NCBI GenBank assembly: GCA_028282845.1
Contig: JANQGY010000013.1
Coordinates: 197,350-261,349 of the forward strand
Source of the DNA: a bacterium
Lineage (GTDB): Bacteria > Fidelibacterota > Marinisomatia > Marinisomatales > JAHJCW01
Direction of reading: 5' to 3'
DNA length: 64,000 nt
In this document: piece by piece, positions 57,040 through 64,000 of the stretch
Numbering within the stretch: the first letter of the stretch is position 1
Layout of the letters: every line of letters begins with the position of its first letter
The notes under the pieces: generated by a model
What the model was told of the DNA's origin: nothing
Database searches by the model: none
What the model saw: the letters and a program-made list of their open reading frames with translations, nothing else
Program-made: the position numbers and the translations under genes

Positions 57040-57795
57040 CTATTGCTCTAAATTTTTCCATTTACTGGAATATTTTTCCAATGAGTCAAAAATCTCATAC
57101 AAAACGATTCCGGTTAATGAGAGTGCTATAATACCAACAAACATGGTAATATAATCGGCTCTTCCCCAAGCATCAATTATATAGATTCCCAAACCGCTGC
57201 GGGCGCTGAGTGATTCGACAAAGAAAAGAACCGCAACTGCCGTTCCGATGCCAATTCGCAAAGCGGTGTACACACCCGGCAGTGCCGCCGGCCAAACCAC
57301 ATGCCGGAAATATTGCCATTTTGAACCGCCAAGCGATTTAAAAGAATATTTGATATTATTGTCAATTTGACGTGCTGAATCACGAGTTGTGATTAATAGC
57401 TGGAAGAAAATAATTATCGCTATCAAAATAATTTTGCTTAAGTGATTTAGTCCAAATATTAATAAAATTATCGGAAGTAAAACTATTTTTGGAATAGGAT
57501 AACTGATATAGATGAGCGGGGAAAAGATTTTATCTAATTTTTGTGAACTGCCGAGTGCTAAACCAAGTGGAACAGCGGAAATAAATGCTAAGAACAGACC
57601 GGCGATTATTCTAATCAAGCTACTGTAGATATGATACCAAAAGTCAGTATTGGCTAATTCGACTGTTAATTTTTTAAGAACAGGCAATGGCTTTGGTAAA
57701 ATTTGATTATTGATTAATAGCGCTAAAATTTGCCAAAACACCAAAATTGTTATTATGCTGAGTAAATATAGTATTATCTTTTTGGACTTAATCAT
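57040..57795 (-). CDS. ABC transporter permease (NitT/TauT family)
   Basis: Six TM helices and an EAA-like loop (TTRDSARQIDNNIKYSFKSLGGSKWQYFRHVVWPAALP). Confidence 0.88.
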   Translation of the reverse strand: MIKSKKIILYLLSIITILVFWQILALLINNQILPKPLPVLKKLTVELANTDFWYHIYSSLIRIIAGLFLAFISAVPLGLALGSSQKLDKIFSPLIYISYPIPKIVLLPIILLIFGLNHLSKIILIAIIIFFQLLITTRDSARQIDNNIKYSFKSLGGSKWQYFRHVVWPAALPGVYTALRIGIGTAVAVLFFVESLSARSGLGIYIIDAWGRADYITMFVGIIALSLTGIVLYEIFDSLEKYSSKWKNLEQ

Positions 57796-58547
57796 TAATT
57801 GAGCAATGCCTTATGAACATCGTAACAAAGGTCAAAATAAATTTTGGAAGATCTGAAGCCTTTGGTAAATACATTTGGATTATCAATAACAGCGTTCAGA
57901 TTTTGTTTTGCAGGATCAAAGATCATAATTCTTTGTCCCAAAGCAACAGCTTCTTCGATTGAGTGCGTTACAACAATGAAACCAAATTTCCGCGCACGAT
58001 ATTCGTCCATTAAAAAATGCTGTAATTTCTCGCGGGTGATGGCGTCTAAAGCCGAAAATGGTTCATCAAGTAGCAGGAGTTGTGGTTTGAGCAAAAATAC
58101 ACGGGCTAAAGCTACCCTCTGTTTTTGTCCGCCGCTCAATTGTTCAGGATATAATCTATCAAGATGTTCAATCCCGAGTGTGTGCTTTACACGGGAAATT
58201 GCATTATTATTAATATTCAGTTTTTGTAATTTTGCTCCGAGGACGATATTTTCAGAAACCGTTTTCCATGGCAGCAATCCATAATTTTGTAATACTAATC
58301 CAATCCTTGAAGATGAGCCTGTCAGCGCGGAGCCGTTAAATAATATCTCTCCGGAATCAAATTTTAGTAATCCTGCTAATAATAATAGAAGGGTAGTTTT
58401 TCCACAGCCTGATGGACCAACAATCGCTAAAGAGCTTTCACGGTTTAAGCTAAAACTGACATCACTCAATACCGACACGGTTGAGCCATCCTGCTCAAAT
58501 GCTTTGGATAGTTTAGATACTTCAAGCAGTTTAGGGGAGGTATTCAT
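57795..58547 (-). CDS. ABC transporter ATP-binding protein (NitT/TauT family)
   Basis: Walker A GPSGCGKTT, signature LSGGQKQRVALAR and Walker B LLLDEPFSALD. Confidence 0.92.
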   Translation of the reverse strand: MNTSPKLLEVSKLSKAFEQDGSTVSVLSDVSFSLNRESSLAIVGPSGCGKTTLLLLLAGLLKFDSGEILFNGSALTGSSSRIGLVLQNYGLLPWKTVSENIVLGAKLQKLNINNNAISRVKHTLGIEHLDRLYPEQLSGGQKQRVALARVFLLKPQLLLLDEPFSALDAITREKLQHFLMDEYRARKFGFIVVTHSIEEAVALGQRIMIFDPAKQNLNAVIDNPNVFTKGFRSSKIYFDLCYDVHKALLN

Positions 58548-59463
58548 CAGTCAATAATTCTTCTATATTGATTGCTTTTTCAATTGTCCCTGTATTTAAT
58601 AACCAAGCCTGCGCGTCGAGCATGTTTTCCTTCGACGGGACAATTGGCTGTGGGAATTGTGGTGCCGGATAACTATCACGAATAGAATTGGGTACTTGAC
58701 AATTATTTAACATGATGTCTCTGACCGAATCCGGCGATCTATTGATTATATCAATTGCCTCAGAGATAGCTGATAGAAATCGTCTGACATTCTTCGGGTT
58801 TTGTTCAAGGAAATTACTTCTAAAAGCGGCTACAGTGGGCGCCATACCTAAATTCCGGTCATCTGCCAAAATAATTGCTCCACTTTGTTCGGCAAAAGTT
58901 GCCATTGGTTCCGGTAATACGGCACCGGCGACTTGGTTTTGAAGCAGTAATTGTAACCGGATTGGGATCTTTTTTATGTCAACCTTGTGATATTCAAAAA
59001 CATCATCATCGGCAGAGTTAAGTAGATACGGTGTTAAATAGTCAATTACTGTACTTGAGCTGACCGCTATGCCGGCTTTGGCAATTGACTTAGTATCAAT
59101 TACTTGGTTAGTTGGCGGTGCCAGCAATGCGAACATTCTTTGGTTGCTGTCAGTTTGAAATAAAGTGGTTATTATTTTTAAATCAGTTCCGTTTGCAGTT
59201 AGAATAATTGGTGTAATAATATCGGCAAAATAGCCGTCTAATTGATTGGCGGTAAGGGCTATTTCCGACTCTAGCGCCGAACTGAATTTTATGATTTCAA
59301 TATCTACATTATGTTTTTGATATAATCCGAGATCATTAGCCACAAATATCGGCAAAGCTTGTATCACTCGCAAAGTTCCGAATTTTATTTTAGAATTATC
59401 GGTTTTGCTCGAACAGCTTACAAGAATAATAATAAAAAGAATATATATTCGTTTAATTAACAT
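58531..59463 (-). CDS. Lipoprotein substrate-binding protein (NMT1/THI5-like; MqnA/MqnD/SBP-fold family)
   Basis: Signal peptide with lipobox (ILVSCSS). Type-2 periplasmic-binding-protein-like pattern. Operon context with the ABC permease and ATPase. Confidence 0.7.
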   Translation of the reverse strand: MLIKRIYILFIIILVSCSSKTDNSKIKFGTLRVIQALPIFVANDLGLYQKHNVDIEIIKFSSALESEIALTANQLDGYFADIITPIILTANGTDLKIITTLFQTDSNQRMFALLAPPTNQVIDTKSIAKAGIAVSSSTVIDYLTPYLLNSADDDVFEYHKVDIKKIPIRLQLLLQNQVAGAVLPEPMATFAEQSGAIILADDRNLGMAPTVAAFRSNFLEQNPKNVRRFLSAISEAIDIINRSPDSVRDIMLNNCQVPNSIRDSYPAPQFPQPIVPSKENMLDAQAWLLNTGTIEKAINIEELLTDEYLP

Positions 59464-59464
59464 T

Positions 59465-60106
59465 TTAAGGTTTACCGGATAAGCCGTTTTTTAAAACTCC
59501 CACAATACTGTTTATCCACTCTTTATTTTCTTTATCTATATCTGATTCGGGATCGAACAGATCCAGATAATAGGTTTGCAAGATTCGATTCAGGATTGCT
59601 TCAAGCATAAAAGCCGTCGTTGAAATATTTAACTTGTCGCTTAATTCTTTTCGTTCAATTCCTTCCATAATGAATTGCTTTAAATAATCAACGGCTTCGG
59701 TGTGCAGTTCTTTAATAATCTTTTTACCGCGCGGTGAATCATCGCTGTTAAGTAATCGAAAATATATTTTTGCCAGTAGAGGATGCTTATCAATGAAATT
59801 AATTCCGGCGTGAATTATCTTGCTTAAGCGGGTAAAAAATTCATCCTGATTTGATTCATCCCGCACCCGCGCCAAATACGCTTTCACTTCTTTAAGAGCC
59901 AAGGTATAGACATACTCAAATAAAAGTGATTTTGACTTGAAATAATTGAATAGCGAGCCCTTGGCGATGCCGGCATTATTAACGATCTTATTTACACTGG
60001 CATTTTTAAAACCGTTATCAGCAAACTCCGCTACTGAGGCGTCAATGATTATCTGTTGTTTTTCGTCCGGTAAGTGATCAAACTTTTTGGTATTAGTTAA
60101 ATTCAT
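59465..60106 (-). CDS. TetR/AcrR family transcriptional regulator
   Basis: N-terminal HTH (FADNGFKNASVNKIVNNAGIAKGSLFNYF). Confidence 0.9.
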   Translation of the reverse strand: MNLTNTKKFDHLPDEKQQIIIDASVAEFADNGFKNASVNKIVNNAGIAKGSLFNYFKSKSLLFEYVYTLALKEVKAYLARVRDESNQDEFFTRLSKIIHAGINFIDKHPLLAKIYFRLLNSDDSPRGKKIIKELHTEAVDYLKQFIMEGIERKELSDKLNISTTAFMLEAILNRILQTYYLDLFDPESDIDKENKEWINSIVGVLKNGLSGKP

Positions 60107-60124
60107 TAGGAGAATTTAATTATA

Positions 60125-60144
60125 AAATGACCGGGTGGTCATTT
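60125..60144. promoter_or_regulatory. Inverted repeat AAATGACC-gggt-GGTCATTT upstream of the TetR gene (candidate operator)
   Basis: 8-bp perfect arms with a 4-bp spacer, 19-38 nt upstream of the TetR start. Confidence 0.45.
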
Positions 60145-60182
60145 AAATAATTTATAGATTAATGATTTAATAGTTTAAACTA

Positions 60183-60914
60183 TTAGGAATCACTTTTAAG
60201 ACGATCAATTTCGGCTTTTATTTCTTCAATAATTTCCTCATTGACAATTACTTTTTTATCTCCTTCCCGAGTAGAAAATATAACAAATACTTTACCACCG
60301 TATTTTTCCTCAAAATCGATGAAACTTTTACTCATTCTTTCGGTTATTTTATAATTGGCAAAATTCGCATTAGCTGTAATAGGTTTGATTTGAATACCAA
60401 ATGCTTTGTCACCAACTTTTCCAATGTAATCAATATCTCCTGCGTGGTCAAGTTCAGGGTCACTTTCTACAAACTCAACATTAGAAAATAATTTGACAAG
60501 TATGTCACTGATTACGGATTTTTCGAGGAGAAAACCATCATATGTTCTAACAATTGTCAACTCATATATGTAGTCTTTACAATCTTGTAGTGTTAAATCT
60601 TTGAAAGCTGCCGTCCATTCAGGGATTACTATTTCTGTTATCTTTGAATATAGTCTTTCGCCTAGTTCATCCAAAGTCTTTTTTGTTACTTTTATAGGTT
60701 CTTTCGTTTTAGTATATGCTTCTTCAAAATAATATTGTTCCCATTCTTCTATAACTTTGGGTTGACATTTTCTTATTAATGCCATTACTTCACCAACTTT
60801 GGGTGGTCTAGTTAGCTGATAATTACTTGCAGTATAGTTAAGGACTCTTTCTTTCTTCCCAAATGGTTTAGCATATTTTTTTATATCTTTTTTTGTCATT
60901 TTATATAGATTCAA
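60183..60914 (-). CDS. Putative type II restriction endonuclease (PD-(D/E)XK-like)
   Basis: Candidate motif GDIDY-x12-IQIKP (D160/D162..Q175-x-K177). Last gene of the operon with the DNA methyltransferase. Low GC. Confidence 0.45.
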   Translation of the reverse strand: MNLYKMTKKDIKKYAKPFGKKERVLNYTASNYQLTRPPKVGEVMALIRKCQPKVIEEWEQYYFEEAYTKTKEPIKVTKKTLDELGERLYSKITEIVIPEWTAAFKDLTLQDCKDYIYELTIVRTYDGFLLEKSVISDILVKLFSNVEFVESDPELDHAGDIDYIGKVGDKAFGIQIKPITANANFANYKITERMSKSFIDFEEKYGGKVFVIFSTREGDKKVIVNEEIIEEIKAEIDRLKSDS

Positions 60915-61257
60915 TTCTTAAATCTGGTAATGTAGTTGGATTTTGTTGATTTGGAAGATTATTCCAGCCGTTGCGCATACTTTGCCTCCTGTTTAATATA
61001 CTTTCAGCTCTACTTTGTAAAGAATTAAGATTTTCCTCAATTTCAGTTAAATTTCTTATTATATAGAAACCTCTATTACAACTGCCTATAAGATTACCTC
61101 TATTAATTGCGTTACGAATTACATCTCTCATTTCAACTTCAACGCCGCGATCAGAAATTCCAAAAAATACTGCTAATTCGGTTGCAGTTATTGAATTTTC
61201 GCGACCTATGTGACCATTATTATTCAGATACAATATCAATTCATGAATTTCTGGCAT
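60901..61257 (-). CDS. Small putative winged-helix DNA-binding protein between the methyltransferase and nuclease genes
   Basis: 118 aa. ITATELAVFFGISDRGVEVEMRDVIRNAI resembles an HTH. It overlaps both neighbours (17 and 14 nt). Confidence 0.4.
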   Translation of the reverse strand: MPEIHELILYLNNNGHIGRENSITATELAVFFGISDRGVEVEMRDVIRNAINRGNLIGSCNRGFYIIRNLTEIEENLNSLQSRAESILNRRQSMRNGWNNLPNQQNPTTLPDLRIESI

Positions 61258-62545
61258 AATTATCCTCCAGATTAATAAATTTATTTAAATATTTAAAATC
61301 AAATTCTTTGTCAACATTTACTAATCCATTTTTTATTAAATGGGCATTGACAAAAGTTTTATTTTTTAAATAAACGTACCCTAGAATATTGTTATTTGAG
61401 TCAAATTTTATTTCATCATGCTTTAGAAAAATTCTCTGATTTTTAAATTTTTGTTTTAGAAATTCTATCGCTTGACCATTTTTGGTTGAATCTGTCTTTA
61501 CTCCTATCAGGCGTATTTTCAAACCATTTTCTAAGGCAATAAGCTCCGGTGAAATTATTTCCTTTACTTTGTGGTATTCTTCTCTGTGTTGTGAATTTTT
61601 ATCAATCTTTGATCCATATTGTAATTTTTTTGGGTCAACCTTTTTATTAAAAGTGTGATTATCTTTAAAAATATAGGGTAGTTTTTGAATCCTATCTTTG
61701 AAGTTTGTATCTTTTGATTTTTGTTCAATGAATTTGTATTCGGAGGGGAATATTTCGTTTTGATTTATGTCTAACTTATCTTTGATAAAAGGAATAAAAT
61801 CTTTATTAATTTCATATCCCCAAGAATTTCTTTCTAAATTTTTAGCTGCTAAGGAAGTTGTTCCACTACCCAAAAATGGATCTAAAATTGTATCACCAAC
61901 GAATGAAAACATTTTAATTAATCTTTTTGGTAATTCCTCAGGGAACATTGCAATATGTCCATCCTGCTTTGCTCCATTAAAATTCCAATGTCCTGAGAAA
62001 TATTTCTTCCATTCTTCAGTTGTCAATTTTGATTGTTCCTTTAATATTGGATCAGGTTTAATCGGAGTACCAAGTTTTTTTAAAATTAAAATGAATTCGT
62101 AGTCGATTGATACAATACCATTTTTTGGGAATGGAAAACTTCCCATAATGCTGGCTCCACCAGTTGTATTCATTGTAGTTTGCTTTTGCCAAATAATTGC
62201 ACCCATATAATCAAAGCCAATAGATTCACAGAATTTGATTATTTCTGTTCTTATGGGAATTACTTTATATCTTCCATAATAAACTGCGCGGGCAAATTGG
62301 TCACCGATATTGACACATAACCTACTTCCATTTTTTAGCACTCTATGACATTCACTCCATACAAGATTTAAGTTATTGATATAATCCTCATAACTATCAT
62401 CAAAGCCTATTTGATTTTCAGCTTCATAATCTTTTAATTGCCAATAAGGAGGTGAAGTAATAATTAAATCAATTGTCCGATCTTTTAGCTCAGACATATT
62501 TCGGCAATCGCCTGTTATTATTGTATGGATTGTTTTAATGTTCAA
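61241..62545 (-). CDS. Beta-class N4/N6 DNA methyltransferase with a C-terminal degenerate SNase-like (OB-fold) domain
   Basis: Motif IV DLIITSPPY precedes motif I DPFLGSGTT. The C-terminus IRLIGVKTDS...ILGYVYL...NAHLIKNGLVNV resembles thermonuclease but lacks the DAPE catalytic residues. Confidence 0.88.
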   Translation of the reverse strand: MNIKTIHTIITGDCRNMSELKDRTIDLIITSPPYWQLKDYEAENQIGFDDSYEDYINNLNLVWSECHRVLKNGSRLCVNIGDQFARAVYYGRYKVIPIRTEIIKFCESIGFDYMGAIIWQKQTTMNTTGGASIMGSFPFPKNGIVSIDYEFILILKKLGTPIKPDPILKEQSKLTTEEWKKYFSGHWNFNGAKQDGHIAMFPEELPKRLIKMFSFVGDTILDPFLGSGTTSLAAKNLERNSWGYEINKDFIPFIKDKLDINQNEIFPSEYKFIEQKSKDTNFKDRIQKLPYIFKDNHTFNKKVDPKKLQYGSKIDKNSQHREEYHKVKEIISPELIALENGLKIRLIGVKTDSTKNGQAIEFLKQKFKNQRIFLKHDEIKFDSNNNILGYVYLKNKTFVNAHLIKNGLVNVDKEFDFKYLNKFINLEDNYARNS

Positions 62546-62588
62546 TTTATTAATAAATATATTAATTCATTGAAATTTACAAATTATT

Positions 62589-62891
62589 TTACTTCTTCCC
62601 ACAAGCCCCTTTACAACCACCACCGCTGATAACCATCACACCAAATATAAATCCGAAATCGTACCAACCACCGTTATTATAGACTTCATAAATTGAGACA
62701 GTATCTTTAAATAATGATATGATAAAAGTTACCGGTGTAATTATGCCGTGCCATAAGCCAAGCCAAAAACCGGCTGCTTCACCATCTTTGGCGACCGTAC
62801 CGACCAACTCGTTGGGGCCGGCTGTGCAGGAAATGATTGCCAATATAACGAATGAAAATAGTAATAACATTGTTTTCTTATTCATGTTCAC
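62589..62891 (-). CDS. Small lipoprotein/membrane protein with a Gly/Cys-rich C-terminus
   Basis: Signal peptide with lipobox (AIISC), two hydrophobic segments, and a C-terminal GGGCKGACGKK. Confidence 0.5.
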   Translation of the reverse strand: MNMNKKTMLLLFSFVILAIISCTAGPNELVGTVAKDGEAAGFWLGLWHGIITPVTFIISLFKDTVSIYEVYNNGGWYDFGFIFGVMVISGGGCKGACGKK

Positions 62892-62896
62892 TCCTT

Positions 62897-63946
62897 TTAA
62901 TTAACTGAAATTATATTTTTATTCTTAGCAATTATCTCTCCGATAATCACTGCTTTTATATCTGATAATTTGTTGAACTCATTAATATATTCTTCCGCTT
63001 TTTCGGGTGCAAGCGATATTAAAAGTCCACCGGAGGTTTGCGCATCGGCGCATAGCAATTTATCTATTTCGCTGATATTCTTCGAAAAGGCTACCTTATC
63101 TTTGATAAAATTGAAATTCCGTTTGGTGCCGCCGGGTAAAATACCTTTTTCGGCGGTTGCTTTTACGGTTGGTAAAAATGGCAAATCAGCATAATTAATA
63201 TTTGCCGATACGTTGCTGGCCTGACACATTTCCGCTAAATGTCCGAGCAGTCCGAAACCGGTTACATCGGTAGCGGCGTTCACGCCGACACTTTGCGTCA
63301 CTTCAGCCGCTAATTTATTTAGTGTTGCCATTGATTTGGCAGATGCTTGTACGGCTTTGGAATCAGCCGCCCCGCGCTTTACCGCCGTGGCGATGATGCC
63401 GGTGCCGATCGGTTTAGTAAGGATTAACTTATCGCCAACTTTGGCGGTACTATTGGTAATTAATTTAGCTTCATCAATTTCGCCGGTTACAACCAAGCCG
63501 TATTTCGGTTCGGGATCGTCAACACTATGTCCGCCAACGATCGAAATCCCCGCCTCTTCCGCTTTATCTATTCCGCCCTGCAGTATTTTGGACAGGTCGG
63601 ATTTGGGCAGTGTATTGATCGGAAAGCCGATGATATTTAGGGCAAATAATGGTTTGGCGCCCATAGCATAAATATCGGATAATGAATTAGCGGCAGCAAT
63701 TTGACCGAAAATGTAGGGATCGTCATCAATCGGTGTGAAAAAATCAACGGTTTGCACTAATAATCGTCCATCGCCGAGGCGCACTACGGCGGCGTCATCT
63801 TTGTCATCGTAACCGACAAGGATGCGTTCATCACGCTTTGACTTAAGGTTACTCAATACTTGAGCAAGGTCCTCCGGACCGATTTTGCAAGCTCAGCCCG
63901 AACCGTGTGTAAGCGTAGTTAAACGTATTTTTTCTTTTTTGTCCAT
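62897..63946 (-). CDS. selD: Selenide, water dikinase (selenophosphate synthetase) SelD, selenocysteine-containing (UGA at 63893..63895)
   Basis: Extending the track ORF upstream in frame gives MDKKEKIRLTTLTHGSG-U-ACKIGPEDLAQVLSNLK..., the SelD glycine-rich active-site loop with U at the Cys/Sec position. The rest is AIR-synthase-like (DDAAVV, VQTVDFFTP, GGHSVDD). Confidence 0.9.
63864..63888 (-). promoter_or_regulatory. Candidate bacterial SECIS hairpin downstream of the selD UGA
   Basis: gcaa-aatc-ggtcc-gga-ggacc-ttgc begins 4 nt after the UGA. The apical loop contains GG. Confidence 0.5.
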
Positions 63947-64000
63947 TATATTCTAAAAATTAAAGACAGAATTTGACGGTTTTTATATGGAATTTGCAAA

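Noticed and set aside
1-64000. Search for transposases, integrases, phage genes, tRNA or rRNA genes, and CRISPR arrays
   Set aside because: None were recognised in any ORF or intergenic region. The low-GC accessory segments (WG-repeat gene, GxxExxY gene, suf-embedded nuclease-like gene, RM-like operon) lack identifiable mobility genes or flanking direct repeats. tRNA detection by eye is imperfect, so a tRNAscan run would be needed to be certain.

Overview
This is a 64-kb AT-rich bacterial chromosomal window with about 60 protein genes. By eye I found no rRNA, tRNA, CRISPR array, transposase or integrase. The gene content suggests an anaerobe, possibly of the FCB-superphylum or Ignavibacteria-like type, but that taxon is only a guess. 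The window is dominated by central carbon and redox metabolism. The main blocks are: (1) a partial metH and housekeeping genes; (2) a citrate-utilisation and TCA block with a fused citD-citE, a DASS transporter, citF, aconitase, isocitrate dehydrogenase, a PrpD-family protein and glutaryl-CoA dehydrogenase; (3) etfBA with a membrane Fe-S oxidoreductase and a fused AccA-AccD carboxyltransferase; (4) a complete suf Fe-S assembly operon under an Rrf2 regulator, interrupted between sufB and sufC by a low-GC nuclease-like gene; (5) mdh and citrate synthase; (6) one tightly coupled minus-strand operon with a two-CW Cys-rich protein, korDABG, a GltD-like/MvhD fusion, a fused HdrC/B, an HdrA/MvhD fusion and a small zinc-ribbon ORF; (7) a TetR-ABC importer-MenA-like prenyltransferase-TonB receptor operon; (8) a three-gene restriction-modification-like operon; (9) selD. 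The most notable observations follow. HdrA and SelD both contain in-frame UGA codons at the positions where selenocysteine is known in homologs, so the ORF track splits or truncates both genes. The kor-gltD/mvhD-hdr operon looks like an uncharacterised flavin-based electron-bifurcation module wired to a 2-oxoacid:ferredoxin oxidoreductase. An orphan PD-(D/E)XK-like gene sits inside the suf operon. A diverged fossil copy of the mdh 3' end lies just past the mdh terminator, next to a cluster of GC-rich palindromes. All functional calls come from motif recognition by eye, and no database search was run.
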